Positions 14,167 through 21,923 of a stretch of DNA of 32,000 nt are shown here, one piece after another. This stretch comes from Pyrobaculum calidifontis JCM 11548 (lineage in GTDB: Archaea > Thermoproteota > Thermoprotei > Thermoproteales > Thermoproteaceae). The DNA lies in assembly GCF_000015805.1 (NCBI RefSeq), contig NC_009073.1:1560001-1592000 (forward strand), given 5' to 3'. A program made the position numbers and the translations under genes. Within the stretch, counting starts at the first letter, position 1. Every line of letters begins with the position of its first letter. The notes under the pieces are model-generated. The model ran no database searches, was not told the origin of the DNA, and was given only the letters and a program-made list of their open reading frames with translations.

Positions 14167-14879
14167 ATACCGTCCAGCAACTTCTTTAGCCTGGCAATCT
14201 TCTTGCTATGGCGGCCAACAACTGCATATTTCCCAATGCCCACAGCCAAGAGCTCCACAGACACCCCTCCCACCTCCTTGCCCACGAGGACTAGATAGCC
14301 GCGCTCTCTGAAGTGGCGCCAGTAGTGGTATATAGCGCCGTACTTGGGGCTCGGCGTGGCTGTTATTGGCACACTGCTCTCTATGTGTTTTCGCAAGTCG
14401 GCACGCGTCGTTAAATAGTAGTAGGGCGGCTTCTCCACTTTGACAATCTCTGCCACAATGCCGTCTACATCGCTAGTGGCAGTGAGCTGGACTATGCTTT
14501 GCATTATTTTCCTACTCTTAGATGCTAAGTACAGCGACTTCCTCTTTGCGTCCATGAACAGCAAAACGGGCGTGTACATTCCTTCGCCCCTCACGGCAGC
14601 TGGCAGAATTTCCCCAAACAGGTTCACAAAAGCCACTGGGTAGCCCAACTGTTGTATTAGCTCAGCGACCAGGTACGGCGCGGCTTTCCGAATCACGTGC
14701 CGGCCTGGCCTATACTTGGCCAAGTTCCCCCTGTATATTTCGTACAACCGTGGAGCTAGGTAGTTTACGACGCTTTCTACGTCTGTGCCGTCTCTCCGGG
14801 CTCTGTCGTATACCTCCCGCTCTAGCCACTTTGGGGCATCCTCAACGCCTACTAGCCTTTTGACTATCTTCTCCAGCAT
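14154..14879 (-). CDS. Hypothetical protein (241 aa)
   Basis: The ATG ORF has protein-like composition. It converges on the 93-aa gene and overlaps it by 13 nt. I recognise no family. Confidence 0.6.
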   Translation of the reverse strand: MLEKIVKRLVGVEDAPKWLEREVYDRARRDGTDVESVVNYLAPRLYEIYRGNLAKYRPGRHVIRKAAPYLVAELIQQLGYPVAFVNLFGEILPAAVRGEGMYTPVLLFMDAKRKSLYLASKSRKIMQSIVQLTATSDVDGIVAEIVKVEKPPYYYLTTRADLRKHIESSVPITATPSPKYGAIYHYWRHFRERGYLVLVGKEVGGVSVELLAVGIGKYAVVGRHSKKIARLKKLLDGIYLV

Positions 14880-14916
14880 TGCTACAGTTCAATGTTAATT
14901 AACCAGTTTAATAAGT

Positions 14917-15921
14917 GTGGAGGTCGCCATACGCGGCGAACTAAGGCCAAAGCTGGCCGCTCCAGCCCCCTACTTGGTGGTAGGCGGGTTTAGGCTTGTG
15001 GAACTGGCTGCGCTAGCCCTCTGCGAGTTTGGAAAAGTGGTAGTCTATGTTGAAGAGGCTGTGGATTTGCCCATGGTGCTTGAGGGCTGTAGGTACGAGG
15101 TGAGGCAGGGCGCCCCGGAGGACGTCCCAGCGGTGGACACTGGATGTGTTCCACACCTCTTATCCTCTTTAAATTTGCGCTGTGGAGACAGAGAGGTTAG
15201 ACTGGGCAAGGGGGAGCCAAGGGCCGTGGAGCCGTTGAGAACTCTCGCAGACGTCGTAGAGAAGAACGTGGAAGTTATGAAGGCGGCTTTTTCGAAGTTG
15301 AGAGAGCTCGGCGTGGAGTTTGTAAAAGGCGACGTGAGGGGCGTGGTTGTGGGAGACATGTTTATACGCGGCAAGGTGTATGAATATACCTATGTAGAGG
15401 GGCCGGCAGTTGTGGGGCCAAACTCCTCTATTCTCCCATTTACCTATGTGCGGGCTGGCTCCGTCTTGTACTTTGACTCAAAGGTGAGAGACGAGGTGAA
15501 AAACGCCGTGTTTGACGCATATACGAGGAAGCAACACGGGGGATACGTGGGAGATAGCTACGTGGCCTCTTTCGTAAACCTCGGGGCTGGTACTACGTTT
15601 TCAAATCTTAAAAACACGTTGGGATTAATTAAGCCGTCTTACGCAGATAGGGGGTATAAGAAGCTGGGGCCTGTCCTCGGCGAGTTTGTAAAAACGGCTA
15701 TTGGTACATTGGTGTACGGCGGGAGGTATGTTGGCCCCCTCTCCCACGTGTACGGAGTCGTGGACGTGGACGTACCACCGCTCTCAATTTTCAGAGGGGG
15801 GAAAATTGTCCCAATGGATCGAGAAAAGGCAAAGGAATACATTAGGCGAGACTTGGCGCAATTTGGCAGAGACGACTTGTATCCCTTCTACAAAAGGCTA
15901 GTCGAGCAACCTCTGTTTTAG
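14917..15921 (+). CDS. Left-handed beta-helix (hexapeptide repeat) protein, GlmU/NDP-sugar pyrophosphorylase C-terminal-like, with divergent N-terminal domain
   Basis: 334-aa ORF with a GTG start. The C-terminal HGGYVGDSYVASFVNLGAGTTFSNLKN...GPVLGEFVKTAIGTLVYGG resembles the LbH domain of GlmU-type enzymes. The N-terminal LVVGGFRLVEL only loosely resembles the LAGGxGxRLxPL nucleotidyltransferase loop. The start codon is uncertain. Confidence 0.55.
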   Translation: MEVAIRGELRPKLAAPAPYLVVGGFRLVELAALALCEFGKVVVYVEEAVDLPMVLEGCRYEVRQGAPEDVPAVDTGCVPHLLSSLNLRCGDREVRLGKGEPRAVEPLRTLADVVEKNVEVMKAAFSKLRELGVEFVKGDVRGVVVGDMFIRGKVYEYTYVEGPAVVGPNSSILPFTYVRAGSVLYFDSKVRDEVKNAVFDAYTRKQHGGYVGDSYVASFVNLGAGTTFSNLKNTLGLIKPSYADRGYKKLGPVLGEFVKTAIGTLVYGGRYVGPLSHVYGVVDVDVPPLSIFRGGKIVPMDREKAKEYIRRDLAQFGRDDLYPFYKRLVEQPLF

Positions 15922-18684
15922 ATACTCCTTTTCTGCCTCTTGTATTTTCTCAGTGAGTTTGTTTAAGTCGGAGTCCGAGGTGGATAGGACATATTCCACA
16001 GCGTCTAGGGGCAGTTTTGAGGCGAGGGCGTATAGGCCTAGCCAGCCGTATTTTTTCAAAATCTCAGACGTCCGCTTGACCTCCTCCAAGCCTCTCTTCA
16101 CTTCGCGCTCTAAGTTGTCGCTTTTGATCACTCTAACTACGCCTACGTCGATGCCGCCGCACCTGGGGCACTTGAGCTCGGCAACTTCGCCTACTCTCAC
16201 GAGGCCGTACCAGCCGCAGTTTAAACACGCCGCGAGCATTGTGTAGTTTAAAAGCCTCGCCTTAGTGCTGTCTAACACAAGGCGCTTGAGCTTCTCCGGC
16301 GGTATAACCTCAAGTCTGTGGGACATCTTCTCGTAGAGAACTTCGCCTAGGTATGTGGGCCCGTCTGAATATACCACTTTGATTCTGCCGCTGGCAATGT
16401 CTTGGAGGACTTGAGCCGTGTGATCTAAGTCCAGGTCTCTTTCGAGAGTCTCTCTTATTGCCTCATCAAAGACAGGCGTGCCGCTGAACGCTTCGACGAG
16501 CTTCGACATACTTACGCTGTGTACATCGGCCTCCTTGTCTATCGCACCCATTCTCTTGGCCACGTGTAAAATCCTGCGCTTGAAGGAGCCGGACTTCACA
16601 AGGGCGGACTTTAAGAGTTCGGCCAGCTCTTTGGCGTCCATGCGCGCCAGGGCGTTGAGAAGTTCGCCCACCGTGGCGGCGGATAGGGGCTCCGAGAACT
16701 GTATTATTATGCCGTAGGGGTCTTGGTGAACTCCCACCGGCTTCTCAAGTCTTCTAATTAACAACTCGCCTAAGAGCTTTCCAAGAGTCCTGTTGACCAA
16801 GGTGCCAAACGCCGCGTGGACAATTACGATGTTTTCCCTGTACTGTTCAATAACCACCGTCCTATCGTCGGGGAGGGGGCCTCTATGCTTTGCCAATTCC
16901 TCTGCGGCGTCTTTAATGACCTCCTCGCTGACTCCATACTCTCTCGCCAACTCGCCCACCTCTGCGCCTTCTTTAATCCTCCTGCGCAGGATCCCCACTT
17001 CCTGCGCCACTTCGAAGGGCACTGGGATCTCTTCTCCCACCCAGCTGGGTATTGCGCCCGAGGGGTCAGACGCCTCTACTACGTACACGCTTTTTTCGTC
17101 CACGCGCGTTATGAGCCAGGGCATCCCCCTAAATATGAACTTGACCCCCGCCTCACCGTACTCTGCGACAAAGGACTCGTCTAATGTACCCACTAGTTCG
17201 CCAGTCTTCTCGTTTATCACAGCGTATTGCCTCTCGTCGGGTATCATGGAGAGAGTCTCGTAGAAGTAGCGGTAAAAGCCGCGGCTCCTGGGCCTAACCA
17301 CCGTGTCGCTGTCCTCGTAGTAGAGGGCAAGCCTCGGGTACAAATCTTGCATAAATTTAATCACCCTCCTAAGCTCGTCCATAGTCAAATCGCGGTAGGG
17401 GTACGCCCTTTTCACTACTTTGTACAACTCCTCAATCTGCCACCTGGGCTTTAAGAGGAGGAACGCCACTATCTGGTTTACCAACACGTCGTAAGGCTTG
17501 TATGGAATCTGCGTCGGCTCTATCAGCCCCGCCTTAGCCCTCCTCACAATCACCACAGACTCCAACACGTCGTTGATGTCCTCGGCTATTACAATGCCCC
17601 TTGGAACAGCGCTTAGCCTATGGCCGCTGCGGCCCACCCTCTGTAGCAATCTAGTGGCCTGGTGCGGCGAGACGTATTGAATGACTAAGTCGACGTGGCC
17701 TATATCTATCCCAAGCTCGAGACTTGACGTAGCCACCACCGCCTTTAGCTCGCCCTTCTTCAACCTCTCCTCCACCGATATCCTCACCATCTTAGAGAGA
17801 GAGGAGTGGTGGACTGCCACGGGGAGGTCGCCGTAGAGGTAGGAGAGGCGGAAGCCCAACAGCTCGGCCATGCTCCTAGTGTTTGTGAAGATGAGAGTGC
17901 TCCTATTCTCTTCAATAAGCCTCTTTATTAGTCTCAGCCGAGCCACCACGTCGGGGAACAAGCCGCTGGCCTCTGCCAATTTGCGGTCCTCGTCACTTGC
18001 GCGCGGCCTAGCCACGTCCAGTTGTATATGCCGGGCGAAGTTCACCATGACCACTTTAAACGGTCTGCCATCCCCCACCAGAAACTTGGCCACTTCAACA
18101 GGCGAGCCCACCGTGGCTGAGAGGCCGACGATTTGAAAGTCGCGGCCCACGTGGTATCTAAGCCTCTCTAGGGCAAGCGATAGCTGGACCCCCCTCTTGT
18201 CCTCTGCCAATTCGTGGACCTCGTCTACGACGACCCACCTCAACTCCCTCAGATGTTCCAAAAGCTTTCTGCCAGTCAAGATGGCTTGCAACATCTCGGG
18301 GGTGGTGATTAAGATGTGGGGAGGCTTGCGGCTCTGCCTCTGCCTATCTGCCTTATCAGTGTCGCCATGGCGCACATCCACCGAGAACCCCAGCCTCTCG
18401 CCCCACCACTTTATCCTATCTAACAAGTCTCTATTAAGCGCGCGGAGCGGCGTTATGTAGAGCACAAATATTCCCGACTTGTCGGCCACTCCGTTCTCCA
18501 ACATCTTGGAGAGAATCGGCAACATTGCCGCCTCGGTCTTCCCGCTACCAGTCGGCGCTATTATCAACACGTTGTTTCCAGAGAGCACCTCTGGAATAGC
18601 CGCCCTCTGAGGCTCCGTGGGCTCCGTTATCCCCCTCTCTCGCAACGCCTCCACGACCAGCGGATGAAGCAGGTGAAAGACCAC
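15898..18684 (-). CDS. lhr: Lhr-type (large helicase-related) superfamily 2 DEAD/DEAH-box helicase
   Basis: 928-aa ORF with a GTG start. It has Q-motif TEPQR, Walker A APTGSGKTEAA, a DEVH box, SAT, and the helicase C motif HHSSLS...QRVGRSGH. A long C-terminal extension is typical of Lhr and includes a CxxC-x17-CxxC ribbon (16153-16227). Confidence 0.9.
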   Translation of the reverse strand: MVFHLLHPLVVEALRERGITEPTEPQRAAIPEVLSGNNVLIIAPTGSGKTEAAMLPILSKMLENGVADKSGIFVLYITPLRALNRDLLDRIKWWGERLGFSVDVRHGDTDKADRQRQSRKPPHILITTPEMLQAILTGRKLLEHLRELRWVVVDEVHELAEDKRGVQLSLALERLRYHVGRDFQIVGLSATVGSPVEVAKFLVGDGRPFKVVMVNFARHIQLDVARPRASDEDRKLAEASGLFPDVVARLRLIKRLIEENRSTLIFTNTRSMAELLGFRLSYLYGDLPVAVHHSSLSKMVRISVEERLKKGELKAVVATSSLELGIDIGHVDLVIQYVSPHQATRLLQRVGRSGHRLSAVPRGIVIAEDINDVLESVVIVRRAKAGLIEPTQIPYKPYDVLVNQIVAFLLLKPRWQIEELYKVVKRAYPYRDLTMDELRRVIKFMQDLYPRLALYYEDSDTVVRPRSRGFYRYFYETLSMIPDERQYAVINEKTGELVGTLDESFVAEYGEAGVKFIFRGMPWLITRVDEKSVYVVEASDPSGAIPSWVGEEIPVPFEVAQEVGILRRRIKEGAEVGELAREYGVSEEVIKDAAEELAKHRGPLPDDRTVVIEQYRENIVIVHAAFGTLVNRTLGKLLGELLIRRLEKPVGVHQDPYGIIIQFSEPLSAATVGELLNALARMDAKELAELLKSALVKSGSFKRRILHVAKRMGAIDKEADVHSVSMSKLVEAFSGTPVFDEAIRETLERDLDLDHTAQVLQDIASGRIKVVYSDGPTYLGEVLYEKMSHRLEVIPPEKLKRLVLDSTKARLLNYTMLAACLNCGWYGLVRVGEVAELKCPRCGGIDVGVVRVIKSDNLEREVKRGLEEVKRTSEILKKYGWLGLYALASKLPLDAVEYVLSTSDSDLNKLTEKIQEAEKEYLKQRLLD

Positions 18685-18692
18685 GGCAACTC

Positions 18693-18710
18693 AAAATCTT
18701 TTTAAATTAT
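18693..18710. promoter_or_regulatory. Single shared AT box in the 42-nt divergent intergenic region (lhr / exported protein)
   Basis: aaaatctttttaaattat is centred about 20 nt from GTG 18684 (minus strand) and about 23 nt from GTG 18727 (plus strand). No second AT box is present. Confidence 0.45.
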
Positions 18711-18726
18711 CTCAACGTCGCCCACT

Positions 18727-19281
18727 GTGCGGGAGGCGGTACTCTTGTTACTGGCAGCCACTTTGGCGCTGGCCGGCACCGTGGTAGTGAAGGGGCCGTC
18801 GGGTAATTTTACCGCCGTTGTAAATGGAAACACTCTCGTGTTGGACGGCTTGTCTGTGGGGATTCCCAGGGTGTCTGACTGGGTTGGGAATGGCTCTTAC
18901 GCGGCTTTTGGGATTTGGTATTCCCCAGGCTGTACAGAGGGTAGGTACCCGGATAGGCCTGAGTTTTATATAAAATGCGCCCAGGGGGCCGAGATAAACG
19001 TAGTCGCTGTCAAAGACCCCAAGGCCAGAGTGACGTGCCGCGACGTTGCCTCTGGCAAAACGCTACAGCCCAGCGAGGCGAGAGACAGAATTGAGATCTA
19101 TAAGCTGACCCAGTCGCTCGGGGTAGAGTGCAAAGCCGACTTTGCGGCAGCCACGACTTCTACGTCTAACCCACTTATGCCACTGTTGGCAGGCGTCACA
19201 GCGGCCTCTGCAACTGCCCTATTTGCAATAGCAATTTTACTGCTTAGAACGCAACGACTACTGCGATTCTTCGAAAAGTAG
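18727..19281 (+). CDS. Exported, C-terminally membrane-anchored protein (184 aa)
   Basis: GTG start. It has an N-terminal signal-like MREAVLLLLAATLALAG, a beta-rich body with 4 Cys, a Ser/Thr linker (ATTSTSN), and a C-terminal TM followed by a basic tail (LLLRTQRLLRFFEK). Confidence 0.6.
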   Translation: MREAVLLLLAATLALAGTVVVKGPSGNFTAVVNGNTLVLDGLSVGIPRVSDWVGNGSYAAFGIWYSPGCTEGRYPDRPEFYIKCAQGAEINVVAVKDPKARVTCRDVASGKTLQPSEARDRIEIYKLTQSLGVECKADFAAATTSTSNPLMPLLAGVTAASATALFAIAILLLRTQRLLRFFEK

Positions 19282-20103
19282 TAGCAGGGTCTTTTCAGTG
19301 ACCATCCCAATTACGGCTGTGCCTTCCTCGTTTACCACTGGCACGCCGCCTACGTCGTATTCTAACATCTTTCTCACTACGTCAATGACGGGGTCGCTTG
19401 GCTTTGCCAAAAAGATGGGCGACTTGGCGATATTTATCGCGTAGTTGTTAACTACCTCTTCCACGGCGCCTTGCCTTATTTTCTCCACCGTCTCGTCCTC
19501 GGCGAAGTATCTCAGTACGTCTTTTGCGTGGAGCATTGCCACCACCTTGCCGCTCTCGTCCACTATGGGGTACCTCCTAAACTTGTAGACTGTGATCCCC
19601 TCTAGCACGTCCATCACTGTGGAGTACGGCGTCAATACGTACACGATCCTCGTCATCACGTCGCGGACTCTGTGGGGGAAGTCGAGCTGGGAGGCGAGCT
19701 TTAACACGTCCCACTCTGTAAATATGCCCACCAACCTCCCCTCCTCGTCCACTATAGGCATTGAGCCGAAGTTGTGACGTAGAAATAGCGATATGACCTC
19801 GCCCACTGGCGTGTTAGGCCTCACTGTAACCACGCTTCTTGTCCCCACCTCAGCCACGCTCTTCATATAAATGTCACTGTAGAGCGTACCGCTGGCGTTC
19901 TTGTCGCTGAGCCACGAGTATATTGCGTCGAGTATGTCCAACATAGTGATTATGCCCACAACCTTGTCGCCTCTTACAATGGGCAACCTCCTAATGTCCA
20001 AGCTAATCATGGTCTTCATGGCGTTTAAGACCTTCTCCTTCTCGCTGACAGTGACTACGTTTTTAGTGGCGAACTCAGCCACAGGCCTATCAAAGAGGGT
20101 CAC
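19258..20103 (-). CDS. CBS domain protein (four CBS repeats)
   Basis: 281-aa ORF with a GTG start. It has four repeats of the CBS pattern (e.g. RRLPIVRGDKVVGIITMLDIL, GSMPIVDEEGRLVGIFTEWDVL, RRYPIVDESGKVVAMLHAKDVL, GGVPVVNEEG). Confidence 0.85.
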   Translation of the reverse strand: MTLFDRPVAEFATKNVVTVSEKEKVLNAMKTMISLDIRRLPIVRGDKVVGIITMLDILDAIYSWLSDKNASGTLYSDIYMKSVAEVGTRSVVTVRPNTPVGEVISLFLRHNFGSMPIVDEEGRLVGIFTEWDVLKLASQLDFPHRVRDVMTRIVYVLTPYSTVMDVLEGITVYKFRRYPIVDESGKVVAMLHAKDVLRYFAEDETVEKIRQGAVEEVVNNYAINIAKSPIFLAKPSDPVIDVVRKMLEYDVGGVPVVNEEGTAVIGMVTEKTLLLLFEESQ

Positions 20104-20119
20104 AATAGCCTATATCTCC

Positions 20120-20677
20120 TCATTTAAATGTATTAACTAGCCAAAGCGCCATGGCCTTAAAGGCCTTCGCCCTATGGGAAATGGCGTTTTTTACCTCGGC
20201 GCCAAGCTCCGCATAAGTCCTCTCCTCGCCTTCGGGGATGAAGATGGGGTCGTACCCAAAGCCGCCGGTCCCCCTTGGCGTATGGGCAATTCTGCCCCTA
20301 GTCTCGCCTATGAACACTTTTACACCGCCGCCTACGCATATTGCGGCGGCGCATTTAAAGACTGCAGCGCGGTTGACTACCCCCTCCAACAGCTTCAACA
20401 CGCCAGCTAGGCCTATTGTTCTATAGACGTATTCGGCATAGGGGCCGGGGAAGCCCCCAAGCGACTCTATGTACAAGCCCGTGTCTTCAACCACCACGTA
20501 GTCCCCGTACCTGGCACACAGAGGCTCAGCTGCCTTTTCTGCTACGACTGCCACATCGTCGTGTTGAACCTCGACCTTCTCGGCGTCTAGTCTCTCCACC
20601 TCTATTCCAAAAGGCTTCAAGATCTGCGAAATTTCGGCTAGTTTGTGCAAGTTGCTTGTAGCTACTCTTATACGCAT
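20120..20677 (-). CDS. rdgB: Non-canonical purine NTP pyrophosphatase (ITPase, HAM1/RdgB family)
   Basis: 185-aa ORF. It has the N-terminal ATSNLHKLAEI (T/SxNxxKxxE), FGYDPIF and ISHRAKA motifs of the Ham1 family. Confidence 0.9.
   Translation of the reverse strand: MRIRVATSNLHKLAEISQILKPFGIEVERLDAEKVEVQHDDVAVVAEKAAEPLCARYGDYVVVEDTGLYIESLGGFPGPYAEYVYRTIGLAGVLKLLEGVVNRAAVFKCAAAICVGGGVKVFIGETRGRIAHTPRGTGGFGYDPIFIPEGEERTYAELGAEVKNAISHRAKAFKAMALWLVNTFK
20121..20134 (-). promoter_or_regulatory. TATA-like AT box for the CBS gene
   Basis: catttaaatgtatt is centred about 22 nt upstream of GTG 20103. It overlaps the ITPase stop codon. Confidence 0.4.
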
Positions 20678-20697
20678 TTAAAGGAAACTGCAACAGT

Positions 20698-20709
20698 ACC
20701 TTTAAAGAC
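20698..20709 (-). promoter_or_regulatory. TATA-like AT box for the ITPase gene
   Basis: cctttaaagacc is centred about 27 nt upstream of ATG 20677. It overlaps the PDO stop codon. Confidence 0.4.
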
Positions 20710-21433
20710 CCATGTGATTTTTCACTTTTGCCAACAGCTCGTGCTCTGGTGGAACTCCCACAAACTCCACCTCTCCCACCGCAGCGTCTTCGGCTTGTAG
20801 GATAACTGTGGGGACGCCGGTGACTCCGTACATGTCTGCTATGTCTGGGTTCTCATAGGCCTCCACCACCACGGAGACAACCTTGCCCTTGCTCTCATAC
20901 GCGAACATGTTTGCCAAAAGGACGGCGTAGGGACAGTAGGGGCAGCTGGGAGTGACCACCGTTAAGACGTATACGCGCTTTGGGGCATTTTGCGCGAGAG
21001 CAGAAAGCTCGCCTCTGGTCCTCTGCCTAAGGCCGGTCTTGCCAGTGCTCAACCGCACCACGGTTTCTATGAACGCTCTGACCTCCTCGCCCATAGGCGC
21101 GCCAAGGTACCTAATGAAGCCATCGCCGAAGTATACAACAGGCACTCTGTGCGGCTCAACCCCGTACTTGTTGAACACATCGGCGTTTTGTTCATACGCA
21201 TATTTGTTGACTCTCAATTTGCCGGCGGGGGCAAGTTGCACTAGTAGGTCTAGGAGCTCCTCGGTGGGTACACACCAGTTGGTCTCTCTGCCTCCGCACC
21301 CCTTACTCGTGAAAAAGTTCACTTCTACCGGGTTCTCCATTTGAGACAACATCTCCTTAATTATCTCCTTGGTCTCCTCGTCTACCTCTATGTGGGGAAC
21401 CTCCTCGGGCGGACCTATTGGAACGGTAGACAT
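20702..21433 (-). CDS. pdo: Protein disulfide oxidoreductase (PDO; two thioredoxin-fold units)
   Basis: 243-aa ORF with an architecture typical of thermophile PDOs. The C-terminal unit has canonical CPYC (TPSCPYCPYA). The N-terminal unit has CGGRETNWC instead of CxxC. Confidence 0.8.
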   Translation of the reverse strand: MSTVPIGPPEEVPHIEVDEETKEIIKEMLSQMENPVEVNFFTSKGCGGRETNWCVPTEELLDLLVQLAPAGKLRVNKYAYEQNADVFNKYGVEPHRVPVVYFGDGFIRYLGAPMGEEVRAFIETVVRLSTGKTGLRQRTRGELSALAQNAPKRVYVLTVVTPSCPYCPYAVLLANMFAYESKGKVVSVVVEAYENPDIADMYGVTGVPTVILQAEDAAVGEVEFVGVPPEHELLAKVKNHMGL

Positions 21434-21450
21434 AGTGTGGCAGTTGAAAT

Positions 21451-21463
21451 TACTTTATTAACG
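21451..21463 (-). promoter_or_regulatory. TATA-like AT box for pdo
   Basis: tactttattaacg is centred about 24 nt upstream of ATG 21433. Confidence 0.45.
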
Positions 21464-21478
21464 TAATGAAGCTACCGC

Positions 21479-21512
21479 GCGCTGAACCCCAGATGCCGTA
21501 CGGAATCAGCGC
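21479..21512 (-). other. Hairpin spanning the stop codon of the basic-tail gene
   Basis: GCGCTGA (21479-21485) pairs with TCAGCGC (21506-21512), giving a 7-bp stem and a 20-nt loop. The loop contains the palindrome ccgtacgg, and the stop codon lies in the stem. The function (terminator or RNA stability) is unknown. Confidence 0.25.
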
Positions 21513-21889
21513 CTGCTTCTCTTCTTCTTCGTCTTTGACTTCCGGCTTTTTCGCTTCTTTTTCCGCTTTTTCTGAGCTGAGGAGGTCTTTGAGCCCTCTT
21601 CGAGAAGCTTGGCCACCTCGTCTACCAACTCTTTGTACTTACTCTCTATTCTATTGCGTATCTCCTCGGGGGATATGTCTGCCTCTTGTTTCCAGATGGT
21701 TATGTCTAGGACTAGCCCAACGCCGTCGACGTATCTCCAGGGGTCGAGAGTGAGCTCCTTTACCTCCTTCAGAGTGGCCGGGCTTATTTTGCCAGAGTGA
21801 GGCACTACGGCGTAGATGTGGCCGACCTCTGGGTCTTCTACCACCTGTAGCTTCCCCCGCTGGCCCAAAACCTCAAATAGGACGCTCAC
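21506..21889 (-). CDS. Hypothetical protein with extreme Lys/Arg-rich C-terminal tail
   Basis: 127-aa ORF with a GTG start, about 23 nt downstream of the AT box at 21903-21921. A globular ~100-aa N-terminal part is followed by KKRKKKRKSRKSKTKKKRSRR (21509-21571), in which 17 of the last 21 residues are K/R. Confidence 0.6.
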   Translation of the reverse strand: MSVLFEVLGQRGKLQVVEDPEVGHIYAVVPHSGKISPATLKEVKELTLDPWRYVDGVGLVLDITIWKQEADISPEEIRNRIESKYKELVDEVAKLLEEGSKTSSAQKKRKKKRKSRKSKTKKKRSRR

Positions 21890-21902
21890 AAAGGCGGGAG
21901 AG

Positions 21903-21921
21903 AAAAATCTTTTTATCTTTT
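21903..21921 (-). promoter_or_regulatory. TATA-like AT box for the basic-tail protein gene
   Basis: aaaaatctttttatctttt is centred about 23 nt upstream of GTG 21889. Confidence 0.4.
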
Positions 21922-21923
21922 GA

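Noticed and set aside
14896-14903. The perfect 8-bp palindrome ttaattaa between the 241-aa gene and the LbH gene, as a shared TATA box.
   Set aside because: Its distances to the two start codons (about 20 and 17 nt) are shorter than at the other promoters in the window, and the LbH start is itself uncertain. It is too ambiguous to list as a promoter feature.
21466-21753. A plus-strand 95-aa ORF opposite the basic-tail gene.
   Set aside because: It is the antisense read of the poly-Lys/Arg codons, giving a Ser/Phe/Leu low-complexity product. It has no promoter box of its own.
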